A stretch of 64,000 bases of DNA, taken from NCBI GenBank assembly GCA_965217585.1, contig OZ244561.1, forward strand, positions 4,032,001-4,096,000, given 5' to 3'. Of this stretch, positions 28,646 to 38,060 are shown one piece after another (position 1 is the first letter of the stretch; the number at the start of each line of letters is the position of its first letter). A program made the position numbers and the translations under genes. The notes beneath the pieces are model-generated. The model was not told the DNA's origin and did no database searches. It worked only from the letters and a program-made list of their open reading frames with translations. Source of the DNA: Candidatus Latescibacterota bacterium. GTDB taxonomy: Bacteria; Latescibacterota; UBA2968; UBA8231.

Positions 28646-30364
28646 ATGGCCACGCTCGTCCACGTCACGCACGAAGCCGTGCAGCAAGCCGGTGGAATCG
28701 GCACGGTCCTGCGCGGTCTGATCACGGCCCGCAGCTACCAAGCTCATTGCCAGCGCACGATCCTACTCGGCCCCCTAGTCGATCCAGACAGTGTCCAACC
28801 GCTCGGCCCGGACGGCGAGATCCTCTACGACGCCAGCCGCAGCATCCGCGACTCGCAAGTCGCCGACCAGCTCAACGCGGTCGAGCAAGAGTTTGGCGTG
28901 CGGCTGGTCTATGGCCGACGCTTGCTGACCCAGGACGGGCACCGAGCCTCGCCAGAAGTTCTGCTAGTGGATGTAAGCCGCCCGCCCAAGCGGTTGAACG
29001 AATTCAAGCGCGACCTATTCCTCCACTTGGGCCTCGAATCGCACCGCTACGAACAGCACTGGGAATACGAGCAATACATGCGCTTGGCCGAGCCGGGTTT
29101 CGCAGCCGTGCGCTCCCTAGTCGAGGACGCGCCCTTCTTGCTGTTGGCGCATGAATTCATGGGGCTAGGGACCGCCTTCAAGGCCCTGATGAGCGATGCG
29201 GCGTGTAAAACCCTGTTCTACGCGCACGAAGTGGCCACCGTGCGGCCCTTGGTGGAAAAGCGGCCCGGGCGCGACATTGCCTTTTACAATGCGCTGCGCC
29301 AAGCGCGAGCAAACGGCCAGTACATCGACGAGCTGTTCGGCCCGCAAGACGGCTATTTCAAACACGCCCTCGTCAGCCAAGCCTATCGTCTCGATGCCGT
29401 CCTCGCCGTCGGCGATTGGGTGGTGGACGAGCTGCGCTTTCTCGGGCCGGAATTCGCTGCTCGTCCCATTGACCTCGTGTATAACGGCGTGCCGGCCGTC
29501 GAACTGTCCGCGGCCGAGCGGGAGGCGGCGCGGGAAAAGGTGCAGGCCAGCGGGGCTGCACTCTTAGGTTGGACCCCGGATCTGGTCTTCACACACGTCG
29601 CGCGCCTAGTCGAGAGCAAAGGGTTGTGGCGCGATTTGTTGGTGCTCGAACACCTCGATCGCCACCTGTGGGAGCGAGGGCAACGGGCGCTTTTTATCGC
29701 ATTGGCGACCGAGACTGGCCGCCGCGATCCCGAAGACGTCCAGCGCATGGCCGCGTACGGTTGGCCGCTGGTCCATCGCGAGGGGGGGAGCGACCTCAGC
29801 AGCGGCGAACTAAAATTCGACCTTTTAGTCCGCGCCTTTAATGTGCGCACGCGCGCTGTCAAAGCGCTTTTCGTCAACCAATTCGGCTGGGACCAGCAAA
29901 GCTGCGGCGCGTTCCTACCGACCGATGCGGAATTCGCCGATTTGCGCCGAGGCAGCGACGCGGAGTTCGGGCAGTCGATTTACGAGCCTTTCGGCATCTC
30001 CCAAGTCGAGTGCTTGAGCTCTGGCACCATCAGCGTGGTCAGCGATGTGTGCGGTTGCCGCGGCTTTGTGCGCCAGACAGCCGGAGCGGCGGGATTGGGC
30101 GGCTTTATCGAGGGAGCCTATACCCAACTCGACGAGGCGGACCGCGCCGACCAGCCGATTGGAGTGCGGGAATGCACACAGGCCGAAGCATTGCAAAGTC
30201 AGGTGGTGGCCAGCGCCTTGGCCAGCCAGTTGTCTGCGGGCGCGACCGGCCGCAAAAGGCTGCTTGCCGAAGGCTATGCGGCAGCCCAGCAGATGAGTTG
30301 GGAGCGCGTGGCCGAGGATATGCTGTTGCCCGTTTTGCAGCGGCTGGAGCAGTGCCATGGCTAG
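28646..30364 (+). CDS. GT-B glycosyltransferase resembling GT3 glycogen synthase
   Basis: HEAVQQAGGIGTV (compare EVANKVGGIYTV), AHEFM and SIYEPFG motifs. Confidence 0.7.
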   Translation: MATLVHVTHEAVQQAGGIGTVLRGLITARSYQAHCQRTILLGPLVDPDSVQPLGPDGEILYDASRSIRDSQVADQLNAVEQEFGVRLVYGRRLLTQDGHRASPEVLLVDVSRPPKRLNEFKRDLFLHLGLESHRYEQHWEYEQYMRLAEPGFAAVRSLVEDAPFLLLAHEFMGLGTAFKALMSDAACKTLFYAHEVATVRPLVEKRPGRDIAFYNALRQARANGQYIDELFGPQDGYFKHALVSQAYRLDAVLAVGDWVVDELRFLGPEFAARPIDLVYNGVPAVELSAAEREAAREKVQASGAALLGWTPDLVFTHVARLVESKGLWRDLLVLEHLDRHLWERGQRALFIALATETGRRDPEDVQRMAAYGWPLVHREGGSDLSSGELKFDLLVRAFNVRTRAVKALFVNQFGWDQQSCGAFLPTDAEFADLRRGSDAEFGQSIYEPFGISQVECLSSGTISVVSDVCGCRGFVRQTAGAAGLGGFIEGAYTQLDEADRADQPIGVRECTQAEALQSQVVASALASQLSAGATGRKRLLAEGYAAAQQMSWERVAEDMLLPVLQRLEQCHG

Positions 30365-31421
30365 CTTGGTGATTGCACTCGTACTCTCGCTTGGCGGCTG
30401 TGTACCCTTTATCGGCGGGCGGGAGCAAAGCCGTCAGCTAGCGGCTGCGGCCCAAGACCTAGTAGGGATCGTCGAGGCCCGGAAGGGCGAGGTTGACTGG
30501 CTAGGCTTGCGCGACCCCGCCGGCGTGCAGACCGAGGAGACCAAGGTGCTCAACGACTACTTGTTGTCCGCGCTGCTGAGGGCCGAAGTCGCGCTGGGGC
30601 TGGCGGACACGACCGGGAAGCGGTGGCGCAACGAGGAATTGGTGGGTCTAAAGCAAGGGGGGGGCGCCGCGCTCGCGTTGGGCGGGCGTCTCGAAGCAGA
30701 CGCCCCGTGGATGTACGTGCGGATGTTTTTAGTCGAGCGGAAAAGCGGCGAGCTAGTGGCAGCTCGCACTGCCCGCATCTTGGAGCGGGACGTGCGCCAT
30801 GAGGTCGCCTCGCGCCAGACTGGAACCAGCGCGAGCGATGGGCCAGTTGAAGTGGAATTACACCTAATTGCCAAGCGCGAAGAAGGAGGCGTCGCCCATG
30901 CTGTCGCGCTAGCGGAGGGCGTGCAATTGCAGCAAGGCGACCAGCTACAACTGCGCTTCAAGCTAAGCCTCGACGCCGAGGTCCACGCCTTTCTGTGCAG
31001 TTCTGACGGCTCGTTAGAAACCCTGTTTGACGAACAATTCGTCTATTCGGACATCGTCCAATACGGCCCCGGCGAGAACAAGTGGATCACCTTCAACGAG
31101 ATCGATCAAGTCTATACCCTGTACTTCCTCGCCGGGCCGCAGCTATTGGCCGAAAACGCCGGGCCGTTCTACGAGCAATTCGCCACCCTTGTCCAAGAGG
31201 GACAAATCGACCGCTTTATCGGGCTGGAACAGCTCGATCAGACACTGATCGAATTTCTCCAGCGCCCCGAACCCATCGCGGTCTTGCGCGGCGACGAGGA
31301 CATTTCCCTAGACCGGCCAGAGACCATGGTGTACGACGACGGCAACACCCTGTCGAGCCAAGCGGAAATCCTCACCGGCACCCCGGTGCTGGTGCGTGCC
31401 CTGAGTTTTTCCGTGCAGTAG
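30357..31421 (+). CDS. Putative lipoprotein with DUF4384-like domain
   Basis: Hydrophobic signal ending in LGGC lipobox; LQQGDQLQLRF...DGSLETLF segment. Confidence 0.55.
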   Translation: MASLVIALVLSLGGCVPFIGGREQSRQLAAAAQDLVGIVEARKGEVDWLGLRDPAGVQTEETKVLNDYLLSALLRAEVALGLADTTGKRWRNEELVGLKQGGGAALALGGRLEADAPWMYVRMFLVERKSGELVAARTARILERDVRHEVASRQTGTSASDGPVEVELHLIAKREEGGVAHAVALAEGVQLQQGDQLQLRFKLSLDAEVHAFLCSSDGSLETLFDEQFVYSDIVQYGPGENKWITFNEIDQVYTLYFLAGPQLLAENAGPFYEQFATLVQEGQIDRFIGLEQLDQTLIEFLQRPEPIAVLRGDEDISLDRPETMVYDDGNTLSSQAEILTGTPVLVRALSFSVQ

Positions 31422-31470
31422 GGGCGACCGGCCTTCCGTGCAGTAGGGGCGACCGGCCGGTCGCCCCTAC
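31409..31470. repeat. GTAG-type REP palindrome preceded by a 25 bp tandem duplication
   Basis: Perfect palindrome GTAGGGGCGACCGGCCGGTCGCCCCTAC (31443-31470); TTCCGTGCAGTAGGGGCGACCGGCC occurs at 31409 and 31434. Confidence 0.85.
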
Positions 31471-32651
31471 AGGACCGCAGCCACCGCGGCGCAGAAGTAA
31501 TCGAGGTTGTCCTCGGTCAGACCGGCGACGTTGATGCGCCCTCCCGCTACGATGTAGATCGCGTACTGTTCCCGCAGCACCTCGACCTGCTCGGCGTTCA
31601 AGCCCGAGAAAGAGAACATCCCCCGCTGCCCCTCAATAAACGAAAAGTCGCGCTCCACGCCCTGCTCGCCGAGCCGAGCGACGAGCCGTTGACGCACGCG
31701 GTTGATCCGCTCGCGCATCTCGGCCAATTCGCCTTCCCATTGGCGACGCAGCACTGAGTCGCCGAGGATTTCGCAGACCATGGCCGCGCCGTGGGCCGGG
31801 GGATTGGAGTAACTGGTGCGCGCGCCAATTTTGAGGTGGCTCAAGGCCCTTTCCGCTGCCTCGGCGTCCGCGGCGATCAAGGTCAGGGCACCGACGCGCT
31901 CGTTGTACAGGCCGAAGTTTTTGGAAAAGGAACTGGCCACGAGCAGCTCGCAGCCCGTGTCGCAGAGTGCCCGCAGGCCGGTCGCGTCCTCTTGCAACCC
32001 ATCGCCGAACCCCTGATAGGCAAAATCGACCAAGGGCAACAGGCCGCGCTCGACGACGACTTCAGCGATCTGCCGCCAAGTGTCCTGGGTGGGGTCGCAG
32101 CCGGTGGGGTTGTGGCAACAGCCGTGCAGCAGCACCACGTGGCCGGAGGGGATTTTCCCGAGCGCGGCGAGCAAGGCGTCGGCGTCGATGCTATTGGCGC
32201 AGGCGTCGAAATAGGGATAGGTCTCGACCTGTAGGCCGGCCGAGGCAAAGATCTTGGGGTGATTGGCCCAAGTCGGGTCGCTTATCCAAATGGACCGGTC
32301 GCCTAGGTGCTGGGCGAGGAAATCGCCCGCTAGGCGCAAGGCTCCGGTGCCACCGGGGCTTTGCACGGTAATAGCGCGTTCGGCCGCCTCGTGCCCGGGG
32401 CCCAAAATTAGCTCCCGCACGGCAGCCCCGTATTCCGAGCTGCCCTCAATGCTCAAATAGCTCTTGGTCTTTTCCGCGGCCAAGACGCGCTCTTGCGCCG
32501 TTTGCACCGCAGCCAAAACCGGCGTCTGGCCGCTCGCATCCTGATAAACGCCAACGCTGAGATTGATTTTGTTTGGATTCTCGTTGCTCTTGAACGCCGC
32601 GCTCAACCCCATGATGGGGTCGGCCGGCGCCATCGTTAATTGTTTGAACAT
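31467..32651 (-). CDS. aspC: Aspartate/aromatic amino acid aminotransferase (AspC/TyrB type)
   Basis: KINLSVGVY, GGTGAL, HGCCHNPTG, DFAYQGF, SFSKNFGLYNERVG. Confidence 0.9.
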   Translation of the reverse strand: MFKQLTMAPADPIMGLSAAFKSNENPNKINLSVGVYQDASGQTPVLAAVQTAQERVLAAEKTKSYLSIEGSSEYGAAVRELILGPGHEAAERAITVQSPGGTGALRLAGDFLAQHLGDRSIWISDPTWANHPKIFASAGLQVETYPYFDACANSIDADALLAALGKIPSGHVVLLHGCCHNPTGCDPTQDTWRQIAEVVVERGLLPLVDFAYQGFGDGLQEDATGLRALCDTGCELLVASSFSKNFGLYNERVGALTLIAADAEAAERALSHLKIGARTSYSNPPAHGAAMVCEILGDSVLRRQWEGELAEMRERINRVRQRLVARLGEQGVERDFSFIEGQRGMFSFSGLNAEQVEVLREQYAIYIVAGGRINVAGLTEDNLDYFCAAVAAVL

Positions 32652-32659
32652 GCGTTATA

Positions 32660-33385
32660 CTACCATCTGGCTTTTAGGTCTCCCCAACTAATGGGTGCCA
32701 CGGCCGTGGGGCCGGGAACGCGGGTAAGCTCAAAGGTGTCGACAGAGCCGTCTGGATATGGAACGGAAAGATTGACGCTGTCGCTTGAGAAAGCAGCAGC
32801 GATAGTCGATCCCCGTACAGGCGTACCGCCGAAGAGGGAAGTAATCTCTTCCACTAAATCGTCGGGAAGTTCGTCCGAGCCGAGTACCTCAGCAAAGAAA
32901 TTGATAAAGAACTCGACAGCCTCAGTATCGCCCAAGTACAGGTCAACTTCGTTAAGATCCATCCGCAAGCTGCTGCCCTCGGTGCTATAGGTACCCATCC
33001 AAGCAAAAGTCATCGAATACCCATGCGGACTTGCAAGTGCATCAATAGCTCGCTGACGCCAAGTACCTAAGTCGATAGTCGAATCCACTGCGGTGGCGAC
33101 GTCCCACAAGCGAGTTTCGTCTGGTGCGAAGAACAATCCCGAGATGAATTCGGCGTCGTCGAAGCGCATCTTAATGTCAAATTGGCAAGAGTTATCTTCT
33201 GCAAAGATTGCCCGGACGATAGTTTCGCCCTCTAGCGTTTCGCGGAGGAAGGTGCCGTCTTCTTCGACGCTAGCCAACTCGACTCCTTCCTCAGTACCTT
33301 CCCAGGTACCCAGCAGGCCGTCCTGGCCAGCGGCGGGCAAAGCCCACAGGATTAGGACGTAAAAAAAAGAAAGGCTGCGTTGCAT
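32660..33385 (-). CDS. Secreted hypothetical protein with C-terminal SWGxxK motif
   Basis: Signal peptide, strong RBS AGGAGGAG, ends TAVAPISWGDLKARW. Confidence 0.7.
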   Translation of the reverse strand: MQRSLSFFYVLILWALPAAGQDGLLGTWEGTEEGVELASVEEDGTFLRETLEGETIVRAIFAEDNSCQFDIKMRFDDAEFISGLFFAPDETRLWDVATAVDSTIDLGTWRQRAIDALASPHGYSMTFAWMGTYSTEGSSLRMDLNEVDLYLGDTEAVEFFINFFAEVLGSDELPDDLVEEITSLFGGTPVRGSTIAAAFSSDSVNLSVPYPDGSVDTFELTRVPGPTAVAPISWGDLKARW

Positions 33386-33480
33386 GATAGTCTCCTCCTT
33401 TGATGAGGTAACTTAAAAAGGTGAATGTACACCGCCAATCCTCATAATCAAACCCCCAAAGACGGGTTTTATGCACCTCC

Positions 33481-33957
33481 TCAGCGGCGGCGATAAGTCG
33501 CAAATATCAGCTCGCCTTCGCTGCGCTTTTCCACCACCTCCCATTCGCCTTCTTCCCACGTCGGAAAATACGCGTCGCCCTCGACTTCGATGGGCAAGTG
33601 CGTCAGAATCATTTCGTCGGCCAAGGGCAGAGCCTGCTCATAGACTTGGGCACCCCCGAGCACGAAGAGTTTTTCGCTGCCGTGGGCGCGGGCGCGCTGC
33701 AAAACCTCGGCCAAGCTCGCGCAGACAACCACGCCCTTGGCAACCTCGTAAGCCGGATTGCGGGTGAGGACGAAGTTGCGACGCTGGGGCAAGGGGCGCG
33801 TCTGAAAGGTCTCGTAGGTTTTGCGACCAGCCACGACCGCGTGGCCCCGAGTGACGCGGCGGAAGTGCTTCATGTCGGCCGGATAGTGCCACGGGATGGC
33901 GTTGTCGCGGCCAATGACCCTGTTCTCGCTCAGGGCGGCGATGATGATGGTTTTCAT
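33481..33957 (-). CDS. folA: Dihydrofolate reductase
   Basis: VIGRDNAIPWHYPADMKHF, GRKTYE, RPLP.RRN, LGGAQVY, EGDAYFP. Confidence 0.95.
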   Translation of the reverse strand: MKTIIIAALSENRVIGRDNAIPWHYPADMKHFRRVTRGHAVVAGRKTYETFQTRPLPQRRNFVLTRNPAYEVAKGVVVCASLAEVLQRARAHGSEKLFVLGGAQVYEQALPLADEMILTHLPIEVEGDAYFPTWEEGEWEVVEKRSEGELIFATYRRR

Positions 33958-34700
33958 TCGGACAAATCGGACGGATGAAAGAAAGAGCGGACGACCGGGC
34001 GCTCCGAGTGCTTGGCCTCGGCGACCGTGCCGGTGAATGCCACTTGGCCTTGGTCCAGCATGATGAGACGGCCATCGAGTCGCTCGATGCTAAGTAACTC
34101 GTGGGTGATAATGGCGATGGTGATGCCCAATTCGCGGTTGAGCGTGAGGAGCAGCGCGTCGATTTCGGCGGCGGTGACCGGGTCAAGGCCCGCGCCCGGC
34201 TCGTCGCAGAAGAGAATCTCCGGGTCCATGACCATGGCCCGCGCGAGAGCGGCGCGTTTGCGCATCCCGCCCGATAGCTCGCCTGGATAGCGGTCGCAGG
34301 CGTGCCCCAAGCCCACCGAAGCGAGGCGGGTGCGGGCGATATCCCCAATCAGAGCTGGCTCTAGGGCCGCGTGCATTTCCAAGGGCAGGGCGACGTTTTG
34401 CTCAATCGTCAACGAGTTGAGCAGCGCGCCGTATTGGAACATCACGCCCAGCCGCTTGCGCAGGGCCGCCAACTCCTCCTCGCCGAGGGCCGTCGCGTCT
34501 TGGCCGAGGATTTCAACGCGGCCCGAGGCGGGTTGCACCAAGCCGATAATCGCCTTGAGCAAGGTGCTCTTGCCGCAGCCGCTACCGCCGAGCACGACGG
34601 CGATTTCCCCCTCGTCCACATGCGCATCAATCCCGCGCAGGACGACCGTCTCGCCGTAGGACACGCAGAGATTTTGGATATCGATGGCGCGAGTCACCAT
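33954..34700 (-). CDS. mlaF: MlaF/Mkl-type ABC ATPase
   Basis: GGSGCGKS, FQYGALLNSL, LSGGMRKR, CDEPGAGLDP; start moved to ATG at 34700. Confidence 0.85.
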   Translation of the reverse strand: MVTRAIDIQNLCVSYGETVVLRGIDAHVDEGEIAVVLGGSGCGKSTLLKAIIGLVQPASGRVEILGQDATALGEEELAALRKRLGVMFQYGALLNSLTIEQNVALPLEMHAALEPALIGDIARTRLASVGLGHACDRYPGELSGGMRKRAALARAMVMDPEILFCDEPGAGLDPVTAAEIDALLLTLNRELGITIAIITHELLSIERLDGRLIMLDQGQVAFTGTVAEAKHSERPVVRSFFHPSDLSE

Positions 34701-35788
34701 TTGAAATAAAAGACAATGCCCCAGAAGGCGTCGAGGACGATGATGCCAAACAGCGACGACACGACCGCCGAAGTCGTCGCTCGGCCGACGCCCTCGGCCC
34801 CGCCGCTGAAATTGAGGCCGTGGTAAACCGAGATGATCGTGATAAGCCACGCAAAGGACGCGCTTTTGACCAGCCCGGTGAGCAAATCCTTGAGAAAGAG
34901 TGCCGAGAAGACTTGGTTGAGAAACACAGTAGCTGGGATGTCCAGCGACACCATGCCAATGAAGGTGCCGCCGAGGATGCCAACGAAGTTGGCCATGATC
35001 GTCAAAAGCGGCATGCAGATGATCATCGCCCACAGCTTGGGCACGGCCACAAAGCGCAGCGGGTCGATTCCCATAGTCTGCAGGGCGTCCAATTCCTCGG
35101 TGAACTTCATGGTGGCGATCTCGGCGGCAATGGCCGACCCAGAGCGGCCAGACACCATGATCGCGGTCATCAGCGGCCCCAACTCGCGGGTCAGGCCAAT
35201 GCCCAGCAGGTTGGCGACGAAAATATCGGCCCCGAACTGGCGGAGCTGGGCCGCGGACTGCAGGGCCGAAACCGCGCCGACGAGAAAGAGAATCAGCCCG
35301 ACGATCTGCAGGGCCTGCGCGCCAATCGCGTACGCTTGCTCACCAAAGCTGCCCCGGCGAATCTGATCGCGGCGGAACAGGGATATCACCGAGAACACGC
35401 TCAGGTCGGCCATCAGATAGAGAAAATCGGCCGCGCGGACGCCACGAGCGTGGACCCAAGCGCCAAGGCGTTCAAGAGCGGCGGGGGGGGGCGCGGGGGG
35501 CGCGGGGGGCGGCGCGGGCGTGGCAAAGTCGAAAAAGGGCTGCAAGTGAGCGGGCAGCCCATCGAGGCGGAGTTCCTTGTCCAAGGAGCGGGCGAGGGCG
35601 GGCAAGCCGCGCAGGAAGACGGCTCCCGCAGTGTCGAGGTGTTCGACTTGGCGCAAGTCAGCGCGGAGCGCGGAGCGCGGGTGTTCGGAGATGAGTGCAC
35701 GGGCTTGGGGAGCGAGCGCGCCGATGGTGTGTAGCGAAAGCACGCCCCCGAGCGCGATTCCCTGTTCGTCGCTCCGCACCCAAGTCAT
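34694..35788 (-). CDS. mlaE: MlaE-family permease with N-terminal STAS-like domain
   Basis: HLDTAGA (STAS), RELGPLMTAI, GRSGSAIAAEIATMK, GAEGVGRATT. Confidence 0.88.
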   Translation of the reverse strand: MTWVRSDEQGIALGGVLSLHTIGALAPQARALISEHPRSALRADLRQVEHLDTAGAVFLRGLPALARSLDKELRLDGLPAHLQPFFDFATPAPPPAPPAPPPAALERLGAWVHARGVRAADFLYLMADLSVFSVISLFRRDQIRRGSFGEQAYAIGAQALQIVGLILFLVGAVSALQSAAQLRQFGADIFVANLLGIGLTRELGPLMTAIMVSGRSGSAIAAEIATMKFTEELDALQTMGIDPLRFVAVPKLWAMIICMPLLTIMANFVGILGGTFIGMVSLDIPATVFLNQVFSALFLKDLLTGLVKSASFAWLITIISVYHGLNFSGGAEGVGRATTSAVVSSLFGIIVLDAFWGIVFYFKW

Positions 35789-37293
35789 AGCAAATAGTTG
35801 AGGCGCAGCAGGACATGCTGCTCGGATTGCAGCCGCTGGACCGGCGGCTTACGCTCGAAGTCGAAGACGACGACCATGTTGACGAAGCGACTAAGCGGCA
35901 AGCGCAAGCGGTTTTCCCAAGTGAACTCCCAAGTGTCGGTGGCCGTCTTCGGGATAAGGAGGTCAAACTCCGAATCCAAGCTGGGGAAGCGCGAAAAACG
36001 CGACCGGAGGAGCAGCACGGCCTCCAAGCCGGTGGTGGCCGTGTCATGCAACTTGCGGGCAATAGTGCGGGAGGAGTTTAGGTCAAAGGTATCGGTAACA
36101 TAGCTTTGACGCGCCCCAAAACCAACGCGCATGTCGAGGTTCAGGGGAAAGCTACTGATGACCTGGGAGTTGATGCCGATGCCCTGGCGCAACACGAGGG
36201 GGCTGAAGGGCGGAGAGAGGGTAAATTCGCTAATGCCCGTCCTGCCTTCGATCTGGTCGCCGTCGCGGATCAGAAGGTTGCGCGGCTGGTCGAAGCGGTC
36301 CTCAGTGGCGAATAGCCTGGTGTTGAACACCCCGCGCAGATAGGGGCCGATCCGCTTGGAAAGCCGGTAGATATACGTAGCGCGGACCTCGAACTTGTCG
36401 TCGCTGGTCTTGCGGAAGTCGTCGCCCTCCTCACGGGTGAAGCCCTCTTCAAAGTCCAGCCGCAAATTGGCGTAGTGGCGGTCCGTGTTATAGACACTGC
36501 TGCCGATGACTTCAGCGGAAAGCGAGAGGACCGAGCGATCTGCGCCGATGGTATTCTGCGAGGTGGACAGCCGAGGCGAGCCGCTTAGCTGCAAGGAGGT
36601 CTTCCAGCGCGAGTCAGTTACTTGGGCGAGGAGGCCATATTGAGCCGGGGGGTAGAAGCCGATGAAGGTATCGTCGCTGGTGTCTACTACTAGATTGCGC
36701 TGGACCAACTCGCCTGGCTCTAAGCGGACGCTGAACTTGCGGGTGGTTGATACGTTGTCGCCGACTCCCACTACTGAGTAAACGCCTGGGGGCAGGAGCC
36801 ACGTTTTGACCGCCTCGCCTCGCTCCTCCTCGATACCGAAGCCGAGGCCGTAGTTTTCCTGCGAGGACTCCCGATATAGTTCATAGGATTCGTTGATCGA
36901 TGCGCGGTTCTCGGACATGACGTTGATGACTAGTCCGGCCCAGAAGGGCTTTATCAGGGTCGTCATGCCCTCTTGGATCGGCACGGTGCGGCTCATCATC
37001 TGGAGGTCCGAGCCCGAGCCGACCAGTAATTTGTAGCTGCCGGGCGCGAGCAACTCGCCAGTGCCGGGGGAGGCTTCGCGGATGGGTTTGTTCCCCTGTA
37101 AGACGAGGAAACTGGGCTCGTTGAGGGAGCCGGACATCGTCGGCACGAAGAGAAAGCCCTTGCCCTTGGGAATCAGCGTTGGATCCTGTTCGAGTTGGCC
37201 GCGCTCGGGTGGGGCGATCCACGTATAGCTGTTGCCCGCGGCGGGACCGACAAGCAACGGCAGGGCGATCAGGATGTAGAGTAGCTTGTACAT
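35785..37293 (-). CDS. Exported protein with probable C-terminal outer-membrane beta-barrel
   Basis: Signal peptide from ATG at 37293 (MYKLLYILIALPLL), alternating beta-strand pattern, ends LLRLNYLL; lies inside the MCE operon. Confidence 0.6.
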   Translation of the reverse strand: MYKLLYILIALPLLVGPAAGNSYTWIAPPERGQLEQDPTLIPKGKGFLFVPTMSGSLNEPSFLVLQGNKPIREASPGTGELLAPGSYKLLVGSGSDLQMMSRTVPIQEGMTTLIKPFWAGLVINVMSENRASINESYELYRESSQENYGLGFGIEEERGEAVKTWLLPPGVYSVVGVGDNVSTTRKFSVRLEPGELVQRNLVVDTSDDTFIGFYPPAQYGLLAQVTDSRWKTSLQLSGSPRLSTSQNTIGADRSVLSLSAEVIGSSVYNTDRHYANLRLDFEEGFTREEGDDFRKTSDDKFEVRATYIYRLSKRIGPYLRGVFNTRLFATEDRFDQPRNLLIRDGDQIEGRTGISEFTLSPPFSPLVLRQGIGINSQVISSFPLNLDMRVGFGARQSYVTDTFDLNSSRTIARKLHDTATTGLEAVLLLRSRFSRFPSLDSEFDLLIPKTATDTWEFTWENRLRLPLSRFVNMVVVFDFERKPPVQRLQSEQHVLLRLNYLL

Positions 37294-37301
37294 GCCAAGT
37301 C

Positions 37302-38060
37302 CTAGGGGGCCAGCTTCCCCGGTATGAGTTCGTAGTGATCGGCTTCGGTTTGCAGCACCGTATCTCGGGCCGCTAGGGCGGTTTCCTCGTCGGGCGTGAC
37401 GAGCGCGGGTCGTTGCTTGTTGCGGAACTTGAAGTCGATCTCCTCGATCGCCTTTTGCATTTGTTTGCCCAAAATGTCGCTCAAAACGGCCACCGTGTAT
37501 CTCATGGCTGGGAAGAACACCTGTTCCTCCTCGTCGAAATCGGTCTGCCATATAACTTTGCCGTCGGCCTGTCTCACTAGTTCCATCGTCATAACGAGAT
37601 GGGCCGCCCACAGGTCGCCGCTGTCGAAGCGCTCAATGGCTTTGACCGAGCCGCTGAACACGTAATCCGGGCGGTGCTCAAAAAAATCGCGATCCCCGCC
37701 CACATAGGTAAAGAGGTCAGCTTGGCGCAAGTACTGCTTGACTGCATCGGTAATCATGCCGCTGGGGCGCTCCATCCAGTAGTGGAGGTTGTCGCGCTGC
37801 AGTTCGTACTGATCGCGGCGGCGGATGATGTTGGTGCGATCATACGCTCGGGGCACCTCAAAGCCTTTGACCTGCAAGCGGAAAGGGTACGGGCGCTCGG
37901 AACCTTCCACGCTACCGCGCAAGGGTTCGATATGCAACTTGAAATAGCGCCGTTGCGGCAACTTGGTGTCGCCGCCCAGCAACTGGGCGCAGCCAGATAG
38001 AGCTATGGCCAAGACGAAAGCCTGGCTGCAGCGGCGCGCTCGGCTATTCGGTCGCACCAC
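37302..38060 (-). CDS. PqiC-like ABC-transport auxiliary lipoprotein
   Basis: LSGC lipobox, YDRTNII, HYWMERPSGMI; lies directly after mlaD; start approximate. Confidence 0.7.
   Translation of the reverse strand: MVRPNSRARRCSQAFVLAIALSGCAQLLGGDTKLPQRRYFKLHIEPLRGSVEGSERPYPFRLQVKGFEVPRAYDRTNIIRRRDQYELQRDNLHYWMERPSGMITDAVKQYLRQADLFTYVGGDRDFFEHRPDYVFSGSVKAIERFDSGDLWAAHLVMTMELVRQADGKVIWQTDFDEEEQVFFPAMRYTVAVLSDILGKQMQKAIEEIDFKFRNKQRPALVTPDEETALAARDTVLQTEADHYELIPGKLAP

Noticed and set aside
34701-35033. N-terminal extensions in the ORF track (also 37294-37611, 45053-45259, 45916-46728, 22216-22368)
   Set aside because: They overlap neighbouring genes in other frames; downstream ATGs coupled to upstream stops give family-typical starts.
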